NCBI GenBank assembly: GCA_017554565.1
Contig: JAFZID010000201.1
Location: 1 to 44,711, forward strand
Direction: 5' to 3'
Source of the DNA: a bacterium
GTDB lineage: Bacteria; Auribacterota; UBA3054
DNA length: 44,711 nt
Notes under the pieces: model-generated
Told to the model about the DNA's origin: nothing
The model's input: the letters and a program-made list of their open reading frames with translations, nothing else
Database searches by the model: none
Shown: positions 1 to 7,578 of the stretch, piece after piece
How the letters are laid out: each line of letters begins with the position of its first letter
Numbering within the stretch: the first letter of the stretch is position 1
Position numbers and translations under genes: made by a program

Positions 1-368
1 ACAGTGCGGGCGTTGAGGTCTTTCATTTTCTGTTCAGCGATCTTGCGCACCTGGCTCTTGGTGATGCGCCCGGCTTTCTCGCGGTTCGGGACGCCAGAGG
101 CGGTCTCGATGCCGGCGGCTTTCTTGATAAGAACGGCCACCGGGGGCTCCTTCATGATGAAGGTGAAGGACTTGTCCTGATAGACGGTGATGACCACCGG
201 GGTCAGGAGGCCGGGCTCCTTGTCCTTGGTCTGAGCGTTGAACTCTTTGCAGAATCCCATAATGTTCACGCCGTGCTGACCGAGGGCGGGGCCGATGGGG
301 GGCGCCGGGTTAGCCTGGCCGGCTTTGATTTGCAGACGGATAATACCGGTTACTTTTTTTGGAGGCAT
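1..368 (-). CDS. rplK: 50S ribosomal protein L11, N-terminal part (3' end lies beyond the window edge)
   Basis: Not in the ORF track because it runs off the left edge. The reverse complement from ATG at 366-368 reads [55 protein letters not shown]..., the canonical L11 N-terminus. It lies directly downstream of nusG, as in the conserved secE-nusG-rplK order. Confidence 0.9.
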   Translation of the reverse strand, partial: MPPKKVTGIIRLQIKAGQANPAPPIGPALGQHGVNIMGFCKEFNAQTKDKEPGLLTPVVITVYQDKSFTFIMKEPPVAVLIKKAAGIETASGVPNREKAGRITKSQVRKIAEQKMKDLNART

Positions 369-420
369 ATTTTATCTCCTGTAAGGATTGCTTTGTTCTT
401 TATTTATTAAATAAGTTGGA

Positions 421-972
421 TCAGGCTTCGCTTTTTTCCACCTGCCAGCTTTCCAGCTCCACCTTGGTGCTGCGGTTGAAGACCATGACGGAAACGGAAA
501 GTTTGCCCCGTTCCTCGTCGATCTCCTCCACAAGGCCGTCGCACCCGTCGAAGGGGCCGTTCACGACCTTGACTCTGTCGCCAACTGAGAAAGCGATCCT
601 AGGCGCGATACGTTCCTTAGAGGCCTCGATCTGAGCGAACATCTCCTCCACTTCACTGTCCGTGAGAGCTTTGGGTTTTTCGCCGCCGAGAAAGCCGATC
701 ACACCGTTGGTCTTCTTTACCAATTGCCAGGCTTCGCCGGTCATTTCCATTTGAATAAGGATATAGCCCGGATAGAATTTGCGCGTGAAGACGCGCTTCT
801 TGCCGTTCCTGATATCCTGGACTTTTTCCGTGGGCACGACCACCTTCTTGATGACGTCGCCCATGTTGTACTGCTGGATCCTTTCGTTAAGCTGCAGTTC
901 GGCCTGGAATTCCTGGCCGGACAAGGTGTTCAGCACATACCAGCTGTATTTGTGTTCTTCCTGAGGAGCCAT
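421..972 (-). CDS. nusG: transcription termination/antitermination factor NusG
   Basis: 183-aa ORF with an NGN-type start (WYVLNTLSGQE) and a C-terminal KOW motif (GDRVKVVNGPFDGCDGLVEEID). It sits between secE and rplK. Confidence 0.95.
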   Translation of the reverse strand: MAPQEEHKYSWYVLNTLSGQEFQAELQLNERIQQYNMGDVIKKVVVPTEKVQDIRNGKKRVFTRKFYPGYILIQMEMTGEAWQLVKKTNGVIGFLGGEKPKALTDSEVEEMFAQIEASKERIAPRIAFSVGDRVKVVNGPFDGCDGLVEEIDEERGKLSVSVMVFNRSTKVELESWQVEKSEA

Positions 973-978
973 AAAAAA

Positions 979-1185
979 TTATTTGGCGAATTTGAGGATC
1001 CAGGAGAAAAGGGTGTCGAGCGCGAAAAGATAAGCGGACATCACAAGAGAGCTTATGATGACGATCTTGGTGGCCTGCCAGAGCTGTTCTCTGCTGGTCC
1101 AGTCGACTTTCTTCAGTTCCTCGACGACTTCGCGCCAGAAGTTCACGAACTTCTGCCAAGCGGAAACTTTGACTTCTTCTTTCAT
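979..1185 (-). CDS. secE: preprotein translocase subunit SecE
   Basis: The 87-aa ORF-track version starts inside tRNA-Trp. The ATG at 1183-1185 gives a 68-aa protein, MKEEVKVSAWQKFVNFWREVVEELKKVDWTSREQLWQATKIVIISSLVMSAYLFALD..., with a single C-terminal TM helix. It lies immediately upstream of nusG. Confidence 0.85.
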   Translation of the reverse strand: MKEEVKVSAWQKFVNFWREVVEELKKVDWTSREQLWQATKIVIISSLVMSAYLFALDTLFSWILKFAK

Positions 1186-1212
1186 ATTTTTAAGCTTGCG
1201 TGTGATCCAGGA

Positions 1213-1289
1213 TGGCGAGGCAGGAGAGACTCGAACTCCCAACCGACGGTTTTGGAAACCGTAACTCTAACCAATTGAGCTACTGCCCC
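1213..1289 (-). tRNA. tRNA-Trp (anticodon CCA)
   Basis: Cloverleaf folded by hand on the minus strand. Acceptor GGGGCAG/CTGCCTC, D arm GCTC-AATTGGTTA-GAGT, anticodon arm ACGGT-TTCCAAA-ACCGT, T arm GGGAG-TTCGAGT-CTCTC, discriminator G and encoded CCA. Confidence 0.9.
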
Positions 1290-1304
1290 GCACCCTAAAG
1301 ATTA

Positions 1305-1460
1305 TTAGCTGCGCGTTTCGCGATGAAGAGTATGCTTGCGGTCAAAGGGGCAGTATTTGCTGCGTTCCAGACGACCGGTGGTCTTCTTACGGTCTTTTTT
1401 GGTGGTGTAGTTGCGGCGGCCGCATTCGGTGCAGGCCAGCGTGATGATTTCTCTTGCCAT
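1305..1460 (-). CDS. rpmG: 50S ribosomal protein L33
   Basis: 51-codon ORF, below the ORF-track cutoff: [59 protein letters not shown] 7 nt upstream. The second zinc knuckle reads CPFD rather than CxxC. Confidence 0.9.
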   Translation of the reverse strand: MAREIITLACTECGRRNYTTKKDRKKTTGRLERSKYCPFDRKHTLHRETRS

Positions 1461-1566
1461 GGTCTTAACTCCTTTAATTAAAAAATCCGTGAACGCACCT
1501 TATGCCATGACAGAATCTAGGAAAGAGGCTTTTCCTTTACTCCGGCGCATGGAGGCAATCCCAAGA

Positions 1567-1642
<76 letters not shown>

Positions 1643-1705
1643 ATCCTGTTGGGTTGCGCCTGTTACCGTACATCGCTTTTTGAGGGCGCAATTCAAGGAA
1701 ACACT

Positions 1706-1734
1706 ATTGTATGAAATGTCGGTTCTAAAATCAA
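1706..1734 (-). promoter_or_regulatory. candidate sigma70 promoter upstream of tRNA-Thr
   Basis: Minus strand reads TTGATT - 17 nt - TACAAT, about 60 nt upstream of the mature tRNA 5' end. Confidence 0.35.
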
Positions 1735-1829
1735 TACCCCCTGCCGCGGCCACCCGGCAAAAAGCGTAAACAAGCAGTTAAAAAATATTTATGCCAGCAT
1801 CAGAGAAGGCATTAAACTAGCCAAATGGA

Positions 1830-2378
1830 TCAATGCACTCTCTTGGCTTTCTTAAGAACGAATTTTTCTCCGGAAATATCCTTCTTTACTTCGGTCGGCA
1901 GTTGCGCTTTTATGCCGCTTATTGAGTTGGTAGTCCCCTCTTCCGGATAAGGAAGCTTTACAGCGTCAAAAGAATCGTTAAGCGAGAACTCGGCTTTCGC
2001 TACGCTATTCTCGAAAATGAAACTTCTGCAGAAGCCTCTCGGGAAAAACTTATGGGTGAATTCAGATCGCAGATAATAGGGCGACTCGTCCTTTTCCACC
2101 AAACCTATGCCGAAAGCTTTCCAGTAATTTTCGTCAAAAAGATCTCTGCTCCTTCTCAAAGCATTTTCTACCCTCACGCTTTCGCTGTCGATAAGTTCGG
2201 CTTCAAACACAACAATCCCAACCTCTCCCTCAGGCAACTTGGCTGAGCAAATGTGAAGATCCTGATCCAAATTATAGTCCAATTTGTTCCCGTTGAAAAG
2301 CAGGAGAGAGACGCTTTTGATAGGCCAAGTCCGTATAATGGTGTAAATTTGTAAAGGGGTGAGCCAAAAGCGCCTCAT
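1830..2378 (-). CDS. hypothetical protein (possibly the 3' part of a frameshifted secreted-protein gene)
   Basis: 182-aa ORF of intermediate GC with no motif I recognise. Its frame stays open upstream to 2486 with no further ATG and overlaps the signal-peptide mini-ORF at 2408-2470. Confidence 0.5.
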   Translation of the reverse strand: MRRFWLTPLQIYTIIRTWPIKSVSLLLFNGNKLDYNLDQDLHICSAKLPEGEVGIVVFEAELIDSESVRVENALRRSRDLFDENYWKAFGIGLVEKDESPYYLRSEFTHKFFPRGFCRSFIFENSVAKAEFSLNDSFDAVKLPYPEEGTTNSISGIKAQLPTEVKKDISGEKFVLKKAKRVH

Positions 2379-2407
2379 CGGGTATAATGTTGTCGAAGAA
2401 AAATAAC

Positions 2408-2470
2408 TTATAACCCCGCACAGCGAGTCATCAGAGAAATGAGAAATAAAATACTGATAATGTTGCTCAT
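2408..2470 (-). pseudogene. orphan 20-codon signal-peptide-like mini-ORF, probable 5' end of a frameshifted gene continuing in 1830-2378
   Basis: MSNIISILFLISLMTRCAGL*. It is preceded by GGAG and a full promoter copy, and is homologous at DNA level to the start of the 687-aa gene (MRNIFNMLFLVLLIACCAFA). Confidence 0.45.
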
Positions 2471-2526
2471 ATCGTGGCTCCGATTGTTAGGTGCATTTTC
2501 TCAAAATTTGCAAGGATTGTCAAATC
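2418..2526 (-). repeat. copy 1 of a duplicated promoter + 5'UTR + signal-peptide cassette
   Basis: Hand alignment to 9590-9697 gives about 90 identical positions of 109, including a perfect 19-nt core attttctcaaaatttgcaa. Confidence 0.85.
2495..2523 (-). promoter_or_regulatory. sigma70-type promoter (TTGACA - 17 nt - extended -10 TGAGAAAAT), copy 1
   Basis: Minus strand reads TTGACAatccttgcaaattTTGAGAAAAT, followed by a GGAG RBS and ATG at 2470. Confidence 0.5.
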
Positions 2527-2751
2527 ACGAAGAATGATCAGGTGGCTTCTGCTAATTGATAAATAACTTACAGGCGAATATCGATCATAGTGATTTCTGT
2601 TGGATTGCAAAAGCGCAGATAAGGCTTGCCCAATCCCCTGCTTATGAGCATGACGCTGCCGTCTTTGGAAAGGACTCTCTCCGCCATCATGGCGCCGTAT
2701 TTGGAGGGCAGGATCATCAAACTCCCAAAAACCGAAGTGGAACTTGAGAGC

Positions 2752-4950
2752 TTAATCCAAATCATAAACCTCATAAACCGCAGGTTCCTTCTTGATCCTG
2801 AAAATATGCTTCCTCTCAAACTCCTTCCCGTTTTCTTTATATTTGATCACTGTAGTAAAAACTCCCTCTTCCTGTGGCTCGCCGCAAATTGAAATAAGCG
2901 GCGGAAGCTTGTAGTGATCGTATCTTTTGTCTGGTTCATGCATCGCTATCTTCAAGCCCTTTGGCAGTTCGTTTAGCAGCTCATATTGGAATTCCTTGGT
3001 GAATTCTTTTGGCTTATACCAAAACACATCGTTGGCAAGGCAATAATATGTCTCAATTCCTATGTAGCAGTTATGATAAATTATTCTGCTCTGATCGTAC
3101 CAATCGTTCTCGATGCTGTCTTGTTTCCTTATCTTTTTCTGCGCCGGAGGCTCACCGATATCCTGAATTCTAAATATATGTTTTTGCTCAACAGATGAAC
3201 CGTTGCTGATTATAACTAAAACATTGGTAAAAGTTCCGCTCTCTTTGGGCGTGCCGATGATCGCAAGATCTCCGTCCGCCTTTCTCTCCTCGCTTAATCC
3301 CAACGGTAAAGGAGACTGGAATTTTGTTTCCGTCTTCGAATCGAATGCAAGACCGTCCATTTTATAGAATTCGTCATAATATTCTTTCGTTTTGAATTTG
3401 AAAGGAACATTTACAGTAAGATCATGAACGATCGCACCCTTGTTCAAATGATAAAACGAGCGAGACACTATCTTATTCTGATCGTTGTGCACAACAAAAA
3501 TATACTTCTGCGTCTCTACATTACAAAAACTGTTTCGATTAATGCCTATCCAATAATTGGTAAAACGGCCGATTTCTTCCGGAACACCTTTTAAAAAGCC
3601 GCCATACTTTTTAGGCTCCAATTTTATTCCTTTGGGCAAAGGGAAAGCAAAATAAGCGTTGCTTAGCGAGGCCAGGCTCATATTATTTCCCTCCAAGGCA
3701 ATGTCTTTTGTATATTCTTCGATACAAAAGAAATATTTATATTTTTTTGAATATTGTAGCATGTTTTTGGCAATTGAACGCCCTTTGGGCGGCCTTTCTT
3801 TTGGTTTAGATATCTTTTCTCCAACGGAAAGCCACCCCCAGTCGGAAACAACGGTTTTGTCATCAAAGCTCTGTTTAGTAATTCTCCATATGTAATTACC
3901 CGGACTAACATTACGATTTTTGATAAAGAAAAATTCATCATCTTTATTAATTTTGTTGTATTTTTTTAAAGCTGCCAATTCAGCGCTAATATCATTCAGG
4001 TAAGGAGCAACTAAATTTAAATTAATTGAGTCATTTGAATTTATTTTATAAAGAGTCCCATTCAAATCAATTCTTTCTCCTTTACCATTAGGTTCAGCAA
4101 TATATCTTGACTTGTTTTTAATATTGCTTTTAAAAACAAATTTGACATCTTTCAAAGTTGTAAAACGACTACCGTTTGAAGGAGAAATTATAATAGGTGA
4201 TTGCGGAGCTTTATAATTTTCGTTCTTAATAAAAGGCATAATTTCTCCAACTTTCAAATTTCCAAACATATGATTATGAGGATAATAATAGCCAATATAT
4301 AAAGCAACATCAAATCTGCTTTTCTCAACAAAATTAGGCAGTTCAAGGAAATTAAATATCAAGTAAAATTTAGCTGTTTGTTTGGGTTTCAGCATAAAAA
4401 AATACATGTTTCCCTTGCGATCTAAATCCGTGTTTAAAAATAAAATTTGGGGGCCGCGATTTGAAGCGACAAGAGTATATAAAACATTTGTTTCAGTAAG
4501 ATTTGAAATGAAAAAAGCATTTGATGTTATAAATTTAGGGGTATATTTAACCTCCATAAGCTTCGGTGCCATTGAAACACAATTAGTAATAATTATTGCG
4601 TTGACGCCATTTTTCAATATCTGGTATTCGCTTTGCCTTGAATCATTCAGCGCCTGAAAATAGTTGGGAATTTTTGCGTTTTCAAGCAACATTTTATTAG
4701 TAGCTAAACCTGGCATCAAGCCATATTGTTTAAAAACGTAACCGTTTTCGCCTTTTCCGCTTTGATAATAATCACCCGGCTGCAATATCTGTTCCTGGAG
4801 CGCATACCCTTTTTTCACATCATCATAATTGGGAACATCTATGACAACCGGCAGCTTGTAATCGTTTTGAAAGTCATTTTTAGTTATCTTTGCACCGTAA
4901 GCTGACAAGACCGCTAAAAAATAAATAAATAATAAAACATTACATTTCAT
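2752..4950 (-). CDS. large secreted protein with three putative-Ig (He_PIG-like) modules; paralog of the 4955-6100 product
   Basis: 732 aa. Signal peptide MKCNVLLFIYFLAVLSAYG/AK. Three C-terminal modules of the type LPKGIKL...GVPEEIGRFT, LPLGLSE...GTPKESGTFT and LPKGLKI...GEPQEEGVFT, each closing with an IFRI/IFVV strand. AAGGAG RBS; start lies 4 nt after the upstream stop. Confidence 0.65.
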   Translation of the reverse strand: MKCNVLLFIYFLAVLSAYGAKITKNDFQNDYKLPVVIDVPNYDDVKKGYALQEQILQPGDYYQSGKGENGYVFKQYGLMPGLATNKMLLENAKIPNYFQALNDSRQSEYQILKNGVNAIIITNCVSMAPKLMEVKYTPKFITSNAFFISNLTETNVLYTLVASNRGPQILFLNTDLDRKGNMYFFMLKPKQTAKFYLIFNFLELPNFVEKSRFDVALYIGYYYPHNHMFGNLKVGEIMPFIKNENYKAPQSPIIISPSNGSRFTTLKDVKFVFKSNIKNKSRYIAEPNGKGERIDLNGTLYKINSNDSINLNLVAPYLNDISAELAALKKYNKINKDDEFFFIKNRNVSPGNYIWRITKQSFDDKTVVSDWGWLSVGEKISKPKERPPKGRSIAKNMLQYSKKYKYFFCIEEYTKDIALEGNNMSLASLSNAYFAFPLPKGIKLEPKKYGGFLKGVPEEIGRFTNYWIGINRNSFCNVETQKYIFVVHNDQNKIVSRSFYHLNKGAIVHDLTVNVPFKFKTKEYYDEFYKMDGLAFDSKTETKFQSPLPLGLSEERKADGDLAIIGTPKESGTFTNVLVIISNGSSVEQKHIFRIQDIGEPPAQKKIRKQDSIENDWYDQSRIIYHNCYIGIETYYCLANDVFWYKPKEFTKEFQYELLNELPKGLKIAMHEPDKRYDHYKLPPLISICGEPQEEGVFTTVIKYKENGKEFERKHIFRIKKEPAVYEVYDLD

Positions 4951-4954
4951 ATTA

Positions 4955-6100
4955 TTAATTCTCCTTGTTAGTGTAAGCTCCCACGCCGCTTTTTATTTGA
5001 GACTGATTAGGATCTTTTATATTCATATAAAATCTCTTTATGTCTCTTTTCCCAATTTCGTTTAAAACCTCGACATCAAAAAGGAAAACTCCGGTTTCTC
5101 TTGGAATGCCAAACAAAACTCCTTCTTGAGACAATATCAAACCCGAAGGAAGAATACCTGGAGCGTTCCAATAAACCCTATTTTGCTCGTCATTAACTTT
5201 CAAAATGTTGTAATACTGCTGACCATAATACGAATTTGAACAAACAGGATCGGAAATTATTATCAATGGAATATCCCTAGGATCATAAGGATTGGAATCT
5301 CTGGCAATTTCCACTGTATCGTTGTAACCATCCGAATCAGAATCAACACTATTAGAAATATAAAAGCATCTTTTTTCCGAGCAAATAATGCAATCGATGT
5401 TATCCTCTACGCTTATCATCCACCAATATTTTCCGCACGGGAAAACATCCTCAGACATATTAATGCTATACCCAGACAAACCAGTCACGTTTGTTTTTGA
5501 CAAAATGGTGTCGTTGTCATTTAAAATTATTAAAAACAAACTTGCATTTTCAATATCACAATTAATAAGTTCCCAAGTAAAATTCATGATAGAATTAGGT
5601 GTCAGCAAATCATACATATAAGGGAATATTAATCTTATCAAATTTACCCAAAAATTATTTTTAGGTTTTACATGAAAATAGATTTCACTATATGGCAAAT
5701 TATTAGTATGTCTTGAATATACTTGAGATGAAAAATTAGTGCCATTCTTTAAGGATATTTTAATAAATGTAGTAAGTTCTGGAACAATGTTAATATAATG
5801 AACATCGCTAACGTTAAAATTATTTACCAATCTTAATGCAACGCTTTTGTTTGTTAAAACAGAGTCAATAAATAAACCGGAGGCAAGATATTTAATATTT
5901 CCTTGTTTTTCTGAATTATTATAAGAAAAATTATTCCAAGATATTGGATCTTTATCATCCAAATTATATTGCAATTTATAATCATCAATATTATTGTCCA
6001 AGATCTCCTGGATTTCAATAGCGGCGTTATATTCTATTTCATATAAACCGTAAATTAAATTACAGGTTATTATCACAAAAAATAACAATTTGTTTATCAT
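4955..6100 (-). CDS. secreted protein with a Ca-binding DxDxDG-type motif and one putative-Ig (He_PIG-like) module
   Basis: The ORF-track start at 6109 is a TTG; the first ATG at 6098-6100 gives MINKLLFFVIITCNLIYG... Motifs are DSDSDGYNDTVEIARDSNPYDPRD (thrombospondin-type-3-like) and LPSGLILSQEGVLFGIPRETGVFLFDVEV. Confidence 0.6.
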   Translation of the reverse strand: MINKLLFFVIITCNLIYGLYEIEYNAAIEIQEILDNNIDDYKLQYNLDDKDPISWNNFSYNNSEKQGNIKYLASGLFIDSVLTNKSVALRLVNNFNVSDVHYINIVPELTTFIKISLKNGTNFSSQVYSRHTNNLPYSEIYFHVKPKNNFWVNLIRLIFPYMYDLLTPNSIMNFTWELINCDIENASLFLIILNDNDTILSKTNVTGLSGYSINMSEDVFPCGKYWWMISVEDNIDCIICSEKRCFYISNSVDSDSDGYNDTVEIARDSNPYDPRDIPLIIISDPVCSNSYYGQQYYNILKVNDEQNRVYWNAPGILPSGLILSQEGVLFGIPRETGVFLFDVEVLNEIGKRDIKRFYMNIKDPNQSQIKSGVGAYTNKEN

Positions 6101-6105
6101 AATTA

Positions 6106-7566
6106 TCAATTAATATGACTTTTTAATTTATTGTATATATCTAAATAATCACCCGAAAGTGGAAACACTAGTTCTTTCATTTCGGTATGATTATAGTTAA
6201 CTTTTATGCGTTCGTTTAACCTATGCATTGTCCCGGATAAATTGGCTGATGATATAGAAACAACACCATCACAATCTTTTCCGCCATTTTTATGCCAACT
6301 AATTCCATAATCTTTTCCTCGTAAAATATTATCTGTTCCTATAAAAAAAGTTGAATAGGAATTTAAAAAACTTGTAGGTATTTTGCTCATAAAATCCCAC
6401 ACATCCTTGGTCCCTCTTCTTAAACGGTCAATGTTATCGCTAGAAGTGTTTGAAAAAAATCCAGCGAACGGATAAGAAGCAGCATCGGAGCCGCAAAAAG
6501 GCGTACCAAAAAACACATAATTCCTAATTAGACTTACAATGCTTTCTCTTTCTTCTATTTGACAAACAGTTAATATTCCCCCCATTGAATGAGAAAAAAC
6601 AATTGGTTTTAATTTGTAGTTAATGAAAATATCATAAATATAACCATACAATATATTTTTATCCAAATTGTTTTCCCCTATATATTGGTCATATTTTGTG
6701 TTTTTGGGATTCCAAGGAAAGTCAAAAAAAACTATTGGACGAAGATCATCTGCATGTGGTAAAACTCTTTTTATTTCTAAAAATGCTGTTTCGGGATCTC
6801 CAGGAAATGTCGGATGCGAATTTATTCCGTGAATCAACACAATAGGTTGTACATTTCTAATTGTAAAAACATAATTTTGATCGTCACTATAGTAATCGTT
6901 GGTGCTAGAACAATAGAGTTTTATATAGTATTTTTCGCCAATTATCCAATCATCTTTATAGCATCTTTTAGTAGATCCTTGCAAACAGCTATAAACATTT
7001 GTTGTCCATTCAAAACTTATATTTGAAAAATCCGACATGTTTAAGCCTACTGACATTTTCACCCGTGAATTTGTAGGCATTTCAATGCAATAAACACGAT
7101 TGGTTGGCAGAAATGTATATATGTCAATATCATTATCCATTTGAATCCCTTCAAATGAACGCAAAATACGATTGGTAATCGTTTGGTCGGCTTCAACCGG
7201 CGTACAGTTAGTCACATCCCATTGGCAATAAATATAACCGTTCATTTGGGGCTCATATTGAAATGTATCTGGATCCTGATGAGCTTCCGGTGTTGGCCAA
7301 GTCCCGCTGTAACTAACCAAAAATTTATTTTCAAGATTTTCATTATCATTGTCTGCAATAAAATAAAACATATTTTCATCTTTATTTATAGTTATCCAAT
7401 CGTCATTATCAAGATTTACAGAACTATGAATGGTTACGTCGTCTATCATATGATTTAAATCAAATCTTAAACAACGACGAAGCGTTGAAATTACTTCAGC
7501 ATCGGCACAAGCTGATACAAATGTAAACAACAATACTATTACGATATTTATAATATTTTTTCTCAC
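6106..7566 (-). CDS. secreted lipoprotein: PPC-like N-terminal domain + lipase/esterase-type alpha/beta hydrolase
   Basis: 486 aa with an apparent GTG start. Lipobox FVSAC. The N-terminal half has the D.DIYTF...YYIKLY...YVFTI pattern of pre-peptidase C-terminal domains. The C-terminal half has VLIHGINS (oxyanion-type), the nucleophile elbow FSHSMGG (compare AHSMGG of Bacillus LipA), then CDGVV and NHTE as Asp/His candidates. Confidence 0.65.
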   Translation of the reverse strand: MRKNIINIVIVLLFTFVSACADAEVISTLRRCLRFDLNHMIDDVTIHSSVNLDNDDWITINKDENMFYFIADNDNENLENKFLVSYSGTWPTPEAHQDPDTFQYEPQMNGYIYCQWDVTNCTPVEADQTITNRILRSFEGIQMDNDIDIYTFLPTNRVYCIEMPTNSRVKMSVGLNMSDFSNISFEWTTNVYSCLQGSTKRCYKDDWIIGEKYYIKLYCSSTNDYYSDDQNYVFTIRNVQPIVLIHGINSHPTFPGDPETAFLEIKRVLPHADDLRPIVFFDFPWNPKNTKYDQYIGENNLDKNILYGYIYDIFINYKLKPIVFSHSMGGILTVCQIEERESIVSLIRNYVFFGTPFCGSDAASYPFAGFFSNTSSDNIDRLRRGTKDVWDFMSKIPTSFLNSYSTFFIGTDNILRGKDYGISWHKNGGKDCDGVVSISSANLSGTMHRLNERIKVNYNHTEMKELVFPLSGDYLDIYNKLKSHIN

Positions 7567-7578
7567 GGGGATTGTTCT

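Noticed and set aside
359-1278. Plus-strand ORFs 359-634, 724-1278 and 779-964, and minus-strand ORF 887-1159, overlapping nusG and secE.
   Set aside because: They are alternative frames or strands of strongly supported nusG/secE genes and contain no motifs.
2568-2819. 83-aa minus-strand ORF downstream of the 732-aa gene, in a short stretch of higher GC (about 45-50%). A possible 49-aa product, MILPSKYGAMMAERVLSKDGSVMLISRGLGKPYLRFCNPTEITMIDIRL, follows a GGGAG.
   Set aside because: It faintly resembles small antitoxin-like proteins (V.I.R..GKP), but it is too short and too weak to call. Its upstream half overlaps the 732-aa gene. It may be a remnant of host or other DNA inside the mosaic island. 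Left unannotated.
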